64,000 nucleotides of DNA from Patescibacteria group bacterium (GCA_035946335.1 DASYZL010000006.1:106594-170593), one strand, 5' to 3'; shown: positions 1 to 10,647, numbered from the stretch's first letter. Translations and numbers: made by a program. Notes: generated by a model from the letters alone, not told the origin.

Positions 1-181
1 ATATGATCAAATAGTTCAAAAGCTTTTCCCCGATATTATCGCAGCAACGAGAGGAGATACCGGCGCAAAACACAAAAAGAGACAAGCAAAACAATTGAGG
101 ATACAGTTTGCGTACGTTACTAATAAGGTAAAATCATTTTCAACAACCATCCTGCTCCAAACACTTGCAAAAGAAGAGTAA
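1..181 (+). CDS. 3' end of a probable cytidylyltransferase-family (RfaE/TagD/FAD synthase-like) protein, partial
   Basis: Frame from nt 2 reads YDQIVQKLFPDIIAATRGD...VKSFSTTILLQTLAKEE* (TAA 179-181). The PDII...GD...STT pattern resembles the C-terminus of this family. Confidence 0.55.
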   Translation, partial: YDQIVQKLFPDIIAATRGDTGAKHKKRQAKQLRIQFAYVTNKVKSFSTTILLQTLAKEE

Positions 182-183
182 CT

Positions 184-621
184 ATGAAGGTCATTTTTCT
201 TTCTATCATTATACTTATAATTACGCTTACCACACTTTTTATAAAAGAGCAGATGCAATCAGCGCCTTCGTATGTTATTATCAATCATTCACAATTCCAT
301 GTGACGCTAGCTGCAACAGAAGCAGAAAGAGAACAGGGATTGTCAAAAAAACCAAAAATGGCAAAGGCTGATGGAATGCTTTTTCTTTTTCCCCATCCCG
401 GGTATTATGCGTTTTGGATGAAAGATATGGTCTTTTCTCTCGATATGGTTTTTATCAGAAATAATATCATTGTGACAATCATTCGTCATATTCCTGTCCC
501 AAAAAATCAAGCGAATTTACCAATATACCATCCTGCAAAACCAGCAGACATGGTACTAGAAATTAATGCAGGTAGCGCAAATAACATGAAAATCGGAGAT
601 ACTGTGACAACACATTTATGA
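184..621 (+). CDS. DUF192 family protein
   Basis: N-terminal hydrophobic anchor, then EREQGLS, GMLFLF, FWMKDMVFSLDMVF and VLEINAG motifs. Confidence 0.9.
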   Translation: MKVIFLSIIILIITLTTLFIKEQMQSAPSYVIINHSQFHVTLAATEAEREQGLSKKPKMAKADGMLFLFPHPGYYAFWMKDMVFSLDMVFIRNNIIVTIIRHIPVPKNQANLPIYHPAKPADMVLEINAGSANNMKIGDTVTTHL

Positions 622-1703
622 ACATTCTTGGTATTGAAACATCATGCGATGAGACAGGTGCTGCAATAATTGATGCAAATGAGCATCAACGAAGAATTCT
701 TTCCAATGTACTTGCGACGTCAATGCATACGCATGCAAAAAGCGGTGGCATTATTCCGGAAATTGCAGCGCGGCAGCAAGGTACCTATATGATACCGGTA
801 ATCCATGAGGCATTAACAAAAGCGCATATCTCTTCTTCTCAACTTGATGCAATTGCAGTAACGCATGGACCTGGTTTGATTGGTTCGCTTCTCGTGGGCG
901 TTGAGACAGCGAAAACCCTTTCATATCTATGGAATAAACCGCTCATTCCGGTGAACCACTTGTTTGGACATGTGTATGCAAACTGGATCAGTGATCATAC
1001 CATTGTCTTTCCTGCAGTTGTCCTGATTGTCTCCGGCGGACACACGGATTTACTCCTGATGAAAAGTCACACTGACATTACCTGGCTTGGCGGCACATGT
1101 GATGACGCAGCAGGAGAATGTTTTGATAAATGCGCAAGATTACTTGGATACGACTATCCGGGTGGTCCAAAGATTGCACAATTTGCTAAAAGCGGAGACA
1201 ATGCCGCATTCTCCTTCCCGCGCCCGATGATATATAACCATGATTATGATTTCTCTTTTTCCGGATTAAAAACATCTTTTCTCAATGCAACCAAGCAGCA
1301 TTTTCCCCTTCTTCGAAAAGAACTAACCCATATAAAAGGCGGGTGGCAACAGGTTGCTTTTGGTTCACAACTTTCCACGAGTGCACAAAAACAGATCCTG
1401 TACAATCTCTGTGCATCACTGGAGAAAGCAATCATAGATGTCTTAATTATCAAAACACTCAAAGCTGCAAGAAAATATGATGTAAATTCCATATTACTCT
1501 CGGGCGGTGTTGCTGCAAACCAAGCGCTCCGTGATACGTTTGCAGAAATACTGGAAAAGGAAAAACTATCTGTGCAATTCGTTGTTCCAGAAAAATCCCT
1601 TTGCACGGACAATGCAGCGATGATTGCTGCTGCTGGTTTTTTTACGAAAGAAAAAGCGACCTGGAATGACCTAGAAGCAAATCCACAGTTGTATTTTGCG
1701 TAA
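618..1703 (+). CDS. tsaD: tRNA N6-threonylcarbamoyltransferase TsaD
   Basis: LGIETSCDET, GPGLIGSL, HxxGH, VSGGHT, DDAAGE.FDK, FSFSGLKT, GGVAAN and CTDNAAMIA motifs. Confidence 0.97.
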   Translation: MNILGIETSCDETGAAIIDANEHQRRILSNVLATSMHTHAKSGGIIPEIAARQQGTYMIPVIHEALTKAHISSSQLDAIAVTHGPGLIGSLLVGVETAKTLSYLWNKPLIPVNHLFGHVYANWISDHTIVFPAVVLIVSGGHTDLLLMKSHTDITWLGGTCDDAAGECFDKCARLLGYDYPGGPKIAQFAKSGDNAAFSFPRPMIYNHDYDFSFSGLKTSFLNATKQHFPLLRKELTHIKGGWQQVAFGSQLSTSAQKQILYNLCASLEKAIIDVLIIKTLKAARKYDVNSILLSGGVAANQALRDTFAEILEKEKLSVQFVVPEKSLCTDNAAMIAAAGFFTKEKATWNDLEANPQLYFA

Positions 1704-1727
1704 AATCTGTTATATAGTATTGTACAA

Positions 1728-3124
1728 ATGTCACGCAAAACAAAAAAAACATATATTATTTCTACCAATCCTGCAAAAAATTACGAAGTTATTGGCAAAG
1801 TCGCTGTCTCAACAAATGAAGAAATCAGAAAAGCAGTAGAAAATGCCCATAGCGTAAAACGGACATGGAAAGAAATGGGCATTGCGAAACGGATTACATT
1901 GCTTCGCAACATCTATGAGGAAATTTTCAAAAGGCGTGAGGAATTAGTCAAGCTCATTGTTGCAGAGACAGGAAAAACAGTACCGTTCGCTTTCGCAGAA
2001 ATTGATCGACATTCACAAGATGTGAAATGGTTTTTGGATCACGGAGAAAAAATTCTCAGTGACGTCGTGACATACGAAGACGCAAAGAGTATACACCGGA
2101 TCGTCCATGAACCACGTGGCGTAACGGCAGTTATTACGCCATGGAATCATCCATACGGAATGTTCGCATGGGGAGTCATGCCAAATCTTATTGCCGGAAA
2201 TACTGTTCTCTATAAAATCTCAAAAGAATCTATTTTAGTTGGCAAATTACTCGAAGAGATTGTGAATTCAGGGAACTTACCACAAGGAGTATTTGCCGAG
2301 ATATATGGTGACGCAGCAGCAGGAGAAACACTTACTGACCAAACGATTGATTATCTCTGGTTTACCGGTAGTACTGCGGTTGGAAAAAAGCTGTATCAGA
2401 AAGCAGCAAAGAAATTTATTGGTGCTGTTATGGAGTTGGGTGGATCGAATCCGGCAATTATGTTTGATGATGTGTCAGTAGATGACTTTATCGAGAAAAT
2501 TTACACAAAACGGTTTTCAACAACATGTGGACAATCGTGTGACTCACTCAAGAGGCTTTTGGTGCAGGAACCGATTTTCGATGAGGTCGTTGAAAAACTT
2601 AAGAAACGGTTTGAGAAAATAGTTATCGGTGATCCGATTGATCCAAAAACAAACATTGCAAGTCTTGTTGCAAAAAAACAGGTAGATCTTCTCGAAGAAC
2701 AGGTCAAAGATGCTGTCAAGAAAGGCGCAAAGATTGTCATTGGCGGCAAACGGCCAAAAAATTTCAAAGGCGCATATTACCTACCAACGCTATTAACTAA
2801 TATTAAAAATCCATGCGGGTGTGGAAAGAGGAAACTTTTGGTCCGGTACTTATCGTTGTTCCATTCACGAGTGAAGATGAAGCAGTCGATTTGGCAAATG
2901 AAACAACATATGGACTCGGGTCAATTGTGTTTTCAAAAGATAAGAATAGGGCACGCCGTGTCGCATTCCGGCTTGAATCAGGAACAGTTGAGATAAATAA
3001 CGCGCTTCACTGGTTACCATGCAACCCGTTTGGCGGTTACAAAGAATCCGGTATGGGAAGAGAACATGGCGAAGTCGGACTAAAAGAACTCTGCCAGATC
3101 AAACTTATCTCAGAAGAAAAATAA
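1728..3124 (+). pseudogene. NAD(P)-dependent aldehyde dehydrogenase split by a single -1 frameshift near 2805-2812
   Basis: PWNHP, FTGSTAVG, MELGG and the catalytic Cys (CGQSC) lie in ORF 1728. EETFGP and PFGGYKESGMGREHG lie in ORF 2813-3124. One extra A in the A5 run at 2805-2809 fuses them. Confidence 0.85.
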
Positions 3125-3127
3125 ATA

Positions 3128-3268
3128 CTATCGTCTCTTGCTTGTCTTTCGCGCTGTCTTCTTTTTTACTACACGTTTCTTTGTTGATTTTTTTGCTTTT
3201 GCGTGCTTATGTAACCCTAAACTTTGCAATAAACCACATAGACTTCCCATTGAGCAGTTTTTCATCAT
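3128..3268 (-). CDS. 46-aa Lys/Arg-rich small protein (not in the ORF track)
   Basis: Perfect SD AAGGAGGTGA (3271-3280) precedes ATG ATG. Translation: MMKNCSMGSLCGLLQSLGLHKHAKAKKSTKKRVVKKKTARKTSKRR*. Confidence 0.75.
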   Translation of the reverse strand: MMKNCSMGSLCGLLQSLGLHKHAKAKKSTKKRVVKKKTARKTSKRR

Positions 3269-3399
3269 AATCACCTCCTTATGTTTTAGTATATGCAGAA
3301 AAAATTTTATTTGTAAATGAGGGATTTTTTTTAGATCCCCTTGACTTCTTTTAAGAAACTCTTTATAAATACTATAATTTCAATCCTGTCTCAAACGAC

Positions 3400-4854
3400 A
3401 TGCCAAGAAAATTGCAAGCAAACATTTCGGTAGAACACAACACTTCCCTTAAAAACTTCCTCTCCCTCTCCTACGAAAACCTTGAAGAACTAAATCTCGC
3501 TGCAAAAGCAAACAGAGAAAAACTTTCTGTAATACAACAGGAAAGAGAATACCGTGCATACCTGGAAGACGAAAAACGCATTAAAGCAGTAACAGTTTGC
3601 TTCACCAGTCTTGAAGGAAGATTGTTTATGTTGGACTATGATAAGAAATTTTTGTTGCAGGCTTCTGAAAATTTGACATTTGACGGTTCGTCGGTCAGAG
3701 GATTTACCAGACAAGCAGAGTCAGACTTACGTCTGTCGCTTGATTGGACAAGTTTTTATTGGCTTCCTTCAGATATTTTCGGAGAGGGAAAAGTGATGCT
3801 TTTTGCCAATGTCATGGATCGTGATAAATTGCAGTATCAAATGGACTTACGCGGACAACTGCAACTGTACTTAGAGAGATTAAAAAAAACACAAAACATT
3901 ATTGCATATGCTGCACCGGAACTCGAAGGTCATCTTGTAGCAGGACAGAATGCGGAACAGCGCTATCAGGAAGATACTGGTCTACAACTGGTCACAACCG
4001 GTGGATACTTTTCTTCCCTTCCCCTTGATTTACTTAGACAATTTATTGATAAAGCAGCGGAAGCACAACGGGCAATGGGATTTCACAATGAAAAAGATCA
4101 TCCTGAAGTTGCACCTAGTGAATTTGAATTGAATTTTTCATACGGTCCTGCTTTGCATATTTGCGACCAGATACAACTGTATAAACTTATCTGTCGCCAA
4201 GTTGCGCATAGTATGGGAATGACCGCAACATTTTTACCAAAACCAATCGCAGGCATTAACGGAAATGGCATGCACACAAATATGTCTCTCGGTAAAGCAG
4301 GAAAAAATATATTCTATGACGCAAAAGGTATTAACGGGCTTTCACAAACCGCGTGGAATTTTATCAACAGGATCCTTAACCATGCTGATGAATTGTGTCT
4401 TACTATTAATTCCAGTGTCAATTCCTACCGCCGGCTTGACCCACACTTTGAAGCACCAAATGAAATAAAGGTAACACCAAATGACCGTGGCTCAATGATA
4501 CGTATTCCAACAGGAAATGAAAAATCAGCGCGGATTGAAGTCCGATCTGTTTCGCCGGACAGCAATCCGTATCTTGCGTTATATACGCTGATCAGAACCG
4601 GCTTTGAAGGAACAAATGAAAAAGCAAAAAAAGAAACAAAAACGTTACCTGGAAATGTCTATGAAGCACTTGGTTTGTTTGAAAGTAGTACGTTTATGGA
4701 AAAAATATTGGGGAAAGAGGTAAAAGAGAAATATGCTTCATTGAAACGGGAAGTTGCAGGGAGAAGCCCACGAGAACTTGGTGCAATTGTCAAAACATCT
4801 GAAGTCATTTATCACCATGAAGTACTCAACCAGGTGCTGTGGAATAAATTTTAA
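3400..4854 (+). CDS. glnA: Glutamine synthetase (type I-like)
   Basis: FDGSSVRGF, HPEVAPSEFE, TFLPKP, NGNGMHTN, NSYRRL and RIEVRS.PD.NPYL motifs. Confidence 0.93.
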   Translation: MPRKLQANISVEHNTSLKNFLSLSYENLEELNLAAKANREKLSVIQQEREYRAYLEDEKRIKAVTVCFTSLEGRLFMLDYDKKFLLQASENLTFDGSSVRGFTRQAESDLRLSLDWTSFYWLPSDIFGEGKVMLFANVMDRDKLQYQMDLRGQLQLYLERLKKTQNIIAYAAPELEGHLVAGQNAEQRYQEDTGLQLVTTGGYFSSLPLDLLRQFIDKAAEAQRAMGFHNEKDHPEVAPSEFELNFSYGPALHICDQIQLYKLICRQVAHSMGMTATFLPKPIAGINGNGMHTNMSLGKAGKNIFYDAKGINGLSQTAWNFINRILNHADELCLTINSSVNSYRRLDPHFEAPNEIKVTPNDRGSMIRIPTGNEKSARIEVRSVSPDSNPYLALYTLIRTGFEGTNEKAKKETKTLPGNVYEALGLFESSTFMEKILGKEVKEKYASLKREVAGRSPRELGAIVKTSEVIYHHEVLNQVLWNKF

Positions 4855-4918
4855 AACGAAGCTTTGTATTTCTTTCTTCCGGAACCTTGATATTTTCTAT
4901 TCATGATACAATCATCTC

Positions 4919-5944
4919 ATGACTCTTAACCTTCTTCTGCTCACAAGCATTTTATTCATTGGTTTCATTATTGTTCTTTATCTTCTTTTGAAAAAATCCC
5001 AGCAAAAACAATCCGTTGACCCAATGCTTCTGGAATGGATGAAATCAATGCAAACCTCAGTAGACACGACACAAAAGATTCTTCATGAAACATTGCATAG
5101 TAATTCGCAACACCTTACCCAAACACTTCAGGAAAATACCAAACAGCTTAATGAACGCATGGATAAAGCAGCACAGGCATTAAGCGCTGTCAATAAAGAA
5201 GTTGGGAAGATGAGTGAAATCGGGAGAAATATGCAGGAATTGCAGGATTTTTTGAAAAGCCCTAAACTTCGCGGCAACATTGGAGAACAAGTATTGCAGG
5301 ATTTGATTAGACAAATCTTCCCCAAAAATTCCTTCCATATACAATATGCGTTCCAGTCAGGGGAAAAAGTTGATGCAGCAATACAAACAGATGCAGGCAT
5401 ATTGCCAATTGACGCAAAATTCCCTGCTGAGAATTTTCAGAAAATGGTAAAAGCAGAAAATGAAGAAGAGCGCCAGCTTTTTAGAAAAGAATTTGTCAGA
5501 GATGTAAAAAAACACATTGAGTCAATTTCCAAAAAGTATATTGTCCCCTCAGAGGGAACAATGGATTTTGCACTCATGTATGTTCCTAGCGAAACGGTGT
5601 TTTATGAGATTGTTTGCATAGATGATATGCTGGAATTTGCCCGAACCCATCGCGTCTATCTTGTCTCACCAAGCACATTGTATGCGCATTTGCAAACTAT
5701 TTTATTGTCATTTGAGGGAAAGAAAATAGAAACAAAAAGCAAGGAATTGTTTGCTATTTTTCGCTCCCTCAAAATTGATTATGAAAAGATTGATGACTCA
5801 TTGCAGACTTTGGGAAAACATATCACAAATGCTTCTAATCAATACAATAATGTCTTATACGGGTTTGACAAAATGGGGAAAAAACTATCTTCTTCCCAAC
5901 AAATTACCTACGAAGAAAAACAGCTTCTTGAAGAAACTGTATGA
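4919..5944 (+). CDS. rmuC: DNA recombination protein RmuC
   Basis: N-terminal TM helix, coiled coil, and RGNIGE, PIDAKFP, ISKKYI.P..GT.DFALMYVPSE motifs. Confidence 0.93.
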   Translation: MTLNLLLLTSILFIGFIIVLYLLLKKSQQKQSVDPMLLEWMKSMQTSVDTTQKILHETLHSNSQHLTQTLQENTKQLNERMDKAAQALSAVNKEVGKMSEIGRNMQELQDFLKSPKLRGNIGEQVLQDLIRQIFPKNSFHIQYAFQSGEKVDAAIQTDAGILPIDAKFPAENFQKMVKAENEEERQLFRKEFVRDVKKHIESISKKYIVPSEGTMDFALMYVPSETVFYEIVCIDDMLEFARTHRVYLVSPSTLYAHLQTILLSFEGKKIETKSKELFAIFRSLKIDYEKIDDSLQTLGKHITNASNQYNNVLYGFDKMGKKLSSSQQITYEEKQLLEETV

Positions 5945-7485
5945 TGCGAAAACACTTCTTCACATTTTTCCTTTTATGTATTCTTGCACTCGGACTCTTT
6001 TTGCGGACATACCGCTTAGATAGTGTTCCCTTCGGATTCTTTTGCGACGAGGCAGCAATTGGTTACAACGCATATACTATTCTGACAAAGGGAACTGATC
6101 AGTATAACATTTCTTTCCCTGTTTTCTTCCGCTCATTTGGCGACTACAAAAGCCCTGTGGAAATTTACAGTACTGTCCCGAGCATTTTATTATTCGGACT
6201 GAATGAATTCTCGGTTCGTGTTGTTTCTGCCTTGTATGGTGTTCTTGCGATTTTTGGATTATATCTCCTAACAAAAATCTTGCTGCAGGATAGACAACAA
6301 AATGAAATTCCATCTTTTTTTGCTTCTCTCTTGCTTGCTATTAGTCCCTGGTTTGTTCATTTAAGCCGGATAACCATGGAAGGCTTTGCACCATATGTCT
6401 GTTTTACGGTTTTCGGAACATATTGCTACATACGCTCACGAGGTAAGTCATGGCTACTTGTTGCTGCAGCTGTTTGCTTTGCACTAGCTATGTACAGTTA
6501 TTTCCCTTCTCGCATTTTTATTCCTCTTTTTGTTATTGCACTATTATGTATTTATCGGTATGTTCCTAATAAACCTTCTCTTTGGCTCGCAATAATAGGA
6601 ATTATCATTATTGCCGCATACCCTTTTGTCCAAACGTTTCTCGACGGATCACTTTTTGCAAGGTGGGATGCAGTCAACATATTTAATCAGCAGCAAAAAA
6701 ATGAATCAGTTCTGCAACACATTGCAATAAACTACATTCGCCATTTCAGCTCTGATTTTTTATTTTTGAAAGGAGATATTGATATGCCCGGGCAGTTTAT
6801 TACACGCCAATCGGTAAGAGGAATCGGGGAATTGTATTGGTTTCAATTACCATTACTTCTCATTGGCTCCTGGTATTTGATTCGTAAACGTACAAAAACA
6901 TCATTGCTTTTACTTGCCTGGTTTCTTTTGTATCCAACAGGTAGTATTTTTACCACAAGCGAAAGCCCTTATGCAACACGATCTGTTATCGGCGTTATTC
7001 CTTTTTCAATTCTCTCCGCAATTGGAGGATGGTATTTTTTTACGTTAATAAAAAAATATAATAATAGCAGACTCTCTATTGCGAATCTTGTCATCTTCTC
7101 TTTTGTCTTTATCGCGTCTTTCCTGCAGTTTTTCTATCTGTATTTTTCTGTGTATCCTCTCTATTCTTCTGATTATTGGGGTTGGCAGTATGGAGCAAAA
7201 CCGATTGTCCAGTATTTCGCAAAACATGAACAGCAGTATGATACTTTATACATGGAAGGCGTATTTAATGGACCTGATATTTTTATTCCCTTTTATGCAC
7301 CGGGAAATTGTAGAAATTGCTCTATAGGAACTCCCGACCAGTATTATAATCCCCGGCAAAAACAACTGTTTGCCATTTCTCAAAACTATTTTCAGAATAA
7401 TAGACTATCGAATTTTAAAATCCAAAAAACTATTTATTATCCTGACGGACAAACCGCATTTTTGATTGGAACTATCAGCAGGTAA
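5941..7485 (+). CDS. GT-C fold glycosyltransferase (family 39/PMT-ArnT-like), polytopic membrane protein
   Basis: First loop P.GFFCDEAAIGYNAY, then DYKSP and FGLNEFSVR, about 10 TM segments and a soluble C-terminal domain. Confidence 0.85.
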   Translation: MMRKHFFTFFLLCILALGLFLRTYRLDSVPFGFFCDEAAIGYNAYTILTKGTDQYNISFPVFFRSFGDYKSPVEIYSTVPSILLFGLNEFSVRVVSALYGVLAIFGLYLLTKILLQDRQQNEIPSFFASLLLAISPWFVHLSRITMEGFAPYVCFTVFGTYCYIRSRGKSWLLVAAAVCFALAMYSYFPSRIFIPLFVIALLCIYRYVPNKPSLWLAIIGIIIIAAYPFVQTFLDGSLFARWDAVNIFNQQQKNESVLQHIAINYIRHFSSDFLFLKGDIDMPGQFITRQSVRGIGELYWFQLPLLLIGSWYLIRKRTKTSLLLLAWFLLYPTGSIFTTSESPYATRSVIGVIPFSILSAIGGWYFFTLIKKYNNSRLSIANLVIFSFVFIASFLQFFYLYFSVYPLYSSDYWGWQYGAKPIVQYFAKHEQQYDTLYMEGVFNGPDIFIPFYAPGNCRNCSIGTPDQYYNPRQKQLFAISQNYFQNNRLSNFKIQKTIYYPDGQTAFLIGTISR

Positions 7486-7520
7486 AAACTTTTCTCCTTG
7501 TGCTACAATCAGGACACTTC

Positions 7521-10500
7521 ATGAACACAGAAGTATTTGATAAACAATATAAAACACTCAACCCTTTACAAAAACAAGCAGTTGATACGATTGAGGGACC
7601 GGTTATGGTTATTGCCGGACCGGGAACAGGGAAAACACAAATCCTTACCCTCCGCATTGCAAATATTCTTCTTAAGTCACAAGTAAATCCCCAGAATATC
7701 CTTGCCCTTACCTTTACTGAATCAGCAGTTGCCGCAATGCGAAAACGGCTCGTGGCATTTATCGGAACTCCTGCATACCGGGTTGAAATCAATACTTTTC
7801 ACGGGTTTTGCAATGATATTATCAAACGCTTCCCGGATAATTTTCAGTCTCTTATTGCAGCAGACAGTATTACGGAAATTGAACAGATACAAATCATCGA
7901 AGAAATTATTACCAATAATGACTTTACCATACTCAAACCCATTGGCGATACGTTGTACTATATCAGATCACTGCTGTCTGCAATCAACGAGTTAAAAAAA
8001 GAAAGTGTTACGCCACAGAATTTTTTACAAGGTCTAGGGGAAATGGAAAAAGATATACAGCAACAGGATGATTTATACCATACAAAAGGTCCCCACAAAG
8101 GAAAAATGAAAGGCATGTATGGAGCACAGTTGAAAAATATTGCAAAAAATAAAGAAGTTGCAAAAGCATATGAATTATATGAAAAAATGCTTACAGAAAA
8201 AAAAGCCTATGACTTCAATGATATGTTACTGGTTGTCAATAAAACATTACAACATACTCCCGATGTTTTATTGCAACTGCAAGAGCAGTATCAGTATATT
8301 CTGGTTGATGAACATCAGGACACCAACGCATCACAAAATATTCTCTTGGAACTTTTGACAAGTTTTCATCCGAGTCCAAATCTCTTTGTTGTCGGAGATG
8401 AAAAACAGGCTATTTATCGTTTCCAAGGAGCGTCCCTGGAAAACTTTTTGTATTTTCAAAAAAAATATCCTGCTGCAAGCCTCATTACATTAACAGAAAA
8501 TTACCGCTCCACCCAAACTATTCTTGACACAGCAATTGGCATGATGGGAAAAAGCAACGTCCTTCCTGGTATTCTGGGACGGGGCGTACAACTCACATCT
8601 CAGAAAACATTTAAAGAGAAAAAAATTTCGGTCGCACAACTTTCAACGTATGAAAGTGAATTTGCCTGGGTTGTAACTGATATGCAAAAGAACATTGCAA
8701 ATGGCATTTCACCAAGTACTATCGCTGTCCTGGTAAGAAAGAATAAAGATATTGTACCGTTAGTGAATTTTTTTGACCTGTTGCGTATTCCTTATGTCAT
8801 TGAGTCAGACCAGGATATTCTCACTGATTTTGCAATACAACAATTGATTACTATACTTCGCGCTACAGAAAACATCGGTTCTGATGAAGAGCTTATTCTC
8901 GCTTTTCATTGCAACTTTTTTCACATTGATGCAATGGATATATACCGCCTGCTGGTATATTCTCAGGAAAATAAAACATCGATTTGGGAGTTGTTAACAG
9001 TGAGTAAGAAAACGGATATACAACTCATAAGTAGAAAAAACATACAACGCACCATACAGCTGTTGCAAAAATGGCATACCGATACTAGTAATATGCCTTT
9101 TGATCAGTTTATGAAAATCATTCTGCAGGAAAGCAGCTTACTCGTAACGCTTCTTCAAGAAAATAACGGATTAATACACCTGGAAAATATCAAACGGCTG
9201 TTTCAGGAAGTGTATGTCCGGCAGGAAAGAAATCCACTTTTCAGTCTTTCAGATTTTCTCCGTTACATTGATACGTTACAAGAACATCACATACGAATCC
9301 AACATACACCAACAATTCAAAAAAATGGCGTACACATTCTCACGGCGCATAAAGCTAAAGGCTTAGAGTTTGATTACGTTTATATTTTGCAGCTTTTTGA
9401 AGGTCATTGGGGCAATGCACGAAAAGGAATCGGAAGTATTGTTATTCCATGGAGTTATTTAAAACGCACGTTGGAATTACCAACAAAAGAAGATATCTAT
9501 GAAGACGAAAGAAGATTATTTTTCGTTGCGTTAACACGGGCAAAAAAACATATTACGATTTCCTACGCTACCCATAGTATCGACGGCAAAGAGCAAATCC
9601 CTTCACTATTTTTATCTGAAATTGATCAGCAATTCGTTGATTATCTCCAAACAGATGATTTTGAACAACAGTTTGTATTAAACCCGTCTTTCTCTCTCAT
9701 GCCAACTGCAACCATCACAACTAAACAAAAGGAGCAAGCATATGAAAAACACAAGCAATTTTTCTGGGATCTTTTTATGAAACGCGGGCTATCTCCAACA
9801 GGACTTGATAATTACCTGGAGTGTCCACGGAAGTATTTTTTTGTGAATTTACTGAATATTCCTGATGTGCCAACAGAGAAAGAATTATTCGGGCGCGTTA
9901 TCCACCATGCATTGGGAAGTTTTTTTCGAAAAACCTTACCTGACCGCACAAAAGAATATCTCCTCCAACGGTTCAGTATGAACGTAAAAGAACTTCCTGT
10001 ACCCCCCCTGATGAAAAGGAGATTGCAAACAGAAGGGGAAAAAATTCTCACGGGATTCTATGAAAATACCATTGTCCATATCAATACGAACGTCATGAGC
10101 GAGTTACTGGTAAGAGGAGTTACATTCGATAACGATATTATACTGAAAGGTCGGGTTGATTTATTGGAGAAACATGAAGCAGATAATACTTATATCATCC
10201 ATGATTTTAAGGTAAGTAAACCAATCAGCAGGAACGCAATGGAAGGACTCGCAGGAGATAAAAATTATAAACGACAGTTACTGTTTTATAAACTCATGCT
10301 TGAAAAAATGGGAAAATACCAAGTAACAAACGGTATTATTGACTTTGTCGAACCAGATGAAAAAGGGCGCTATAAGAGTGAATTATTCTCATTGGAAGAA
10401 AAAGATATTGAAGCATTAAAAACGCTCCTCAGAAAAATTGCCAATGAAATAAGAAATCTTTCTTTCCTAGAAAAAGGGTGTGAAAAAACTGACTGTCGCT

Positions 10501-10544
10501 ATTGTAAGTTAGGAACATCCATTTCCTCATCTTTAAATGAATAA
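7521..10544 (+). CDS. UvrD/PcrA-type SF1 helicase fused to a PD-(D/E)XK nuclease domain
   Basis: AGPGTGKT, LVDEHQDTN, VGDEKQAIYRFQGA, NYRS, TAHKAKGLEFD and ERRLFFVALTRAK. The C-terminus has ECPRKY...GRVD...DFK...CEKTDCRYC. Confidence 0.92.
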   Translation: MNTEVFDKQYKTLNPLQKQAVDTIEGPVMVIAGPGTGKTQILTLRIANILLKSQVNPQNILALTFTESAVAAMRKRLVAFIGTPAYRVEINTFHGFCNDIIKRFPDNFQSLIAADSITEIEQIQIIEEIITNNDFTILKPIGDTLYYIRSLLSAINELKKESVTPQNFLQGLGEMEKDIQQQDDLYHTKGPHKGKMKGMYGAQLKNIAKNKEVAKAYELYEKMLTEKKAYDFNDMLLVVNKTLQHTPDVLLQLQEQYQYILVDEHQDTNASQNILLELLTSFHPSPNLFVVGDEKQAIYRFQGASLENFLYFQKKYPAASLITLTENYRSTQTILDTAIGMMGKSNVLPGILGRGVQLTSQKTFKEKKISVAQLSTYESEFAWVVTDMQKNIANGISPSTIAVLVRKNKDIVPLVNFFDLLRIPYVIESDQDILTDFAIQQLITILRATENIGSDEELILAFHCNFFHIDAMDIYRLLVYSQENKTSIWELLTVSKKTDIQLISRKNIQRTIQLLQKWHTDTSNMPFDQFMKIILQESSLLVTLLQENNGLIHLENIKRLFQEVYVRQERNPLFSLSDFLRYIDTLQEHHIRIQHTPTIQKNGVHILTAHKAKGLEFDYVYILQLFEGHWGNARKGIGSIVIPWSYLKRTLELPTKEDIYEDERRLFFVALTRAKKHITISYATHSIDGKEQIPSLFLSEIDQQFVDYLQTDDFEQQFVLNPSFSLMPTATITTKQKEQAYEKHKQFFWDLFMKRGLSPTGLDNYLECPRKYFFVNLLNIPDVPTEKELFGRVIHHALGSFFRKTLPDRTKEYLLQRFSMNVKELPVPPLMKRRLQTEGEKILTGFYENTIVHINTNVMSELLVRGVTFDNDIILKGRVDLLEKHEADNTYIIHDFKVSKPISRNAMEGLAGDKNYKRQLLFYKLMLEKMGKYQVTNGIIDFVEPDEKGRYKSELFSLEEKDIEALKTLLRKIANEIRNLSFLEKGCEKTDCRYCKLGTSISSSLNE

Positions 10545-10647
10545 TTATGCTGCAATTCAACGCTCCTCTGTGCTTGGAAATGGTAAAAAAGAACAAATTA
10601 TTGAAGTTTTCTCAGGTTCTTCACCATTTCCAATTGCCACTTAATTT

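Noticed and set aside
16-258. 80-aa minus-strand ORF
   Set aside because: It is antisense to a plausible plus-strand gene end (1-181) and to DUF192.
1290-1405. ~25-aa insertion in TsaD
   Set aside because: It falls in a variable loop after FSFSGLKT, and the catalytic motifs are intact.
2800-2815. Programmed -1 frameshift in the aldehyde dehydrogenase
   Set aside because: T AAA AAT is not a proper X XXY YYZ site, and A5 is short for transcriptional slippage.
3019-3320. Plus-strand ORFs 3019-3270 and 3138-3320
   Set aside because: They are shadows of the SD-led basic protein on the minus strand.
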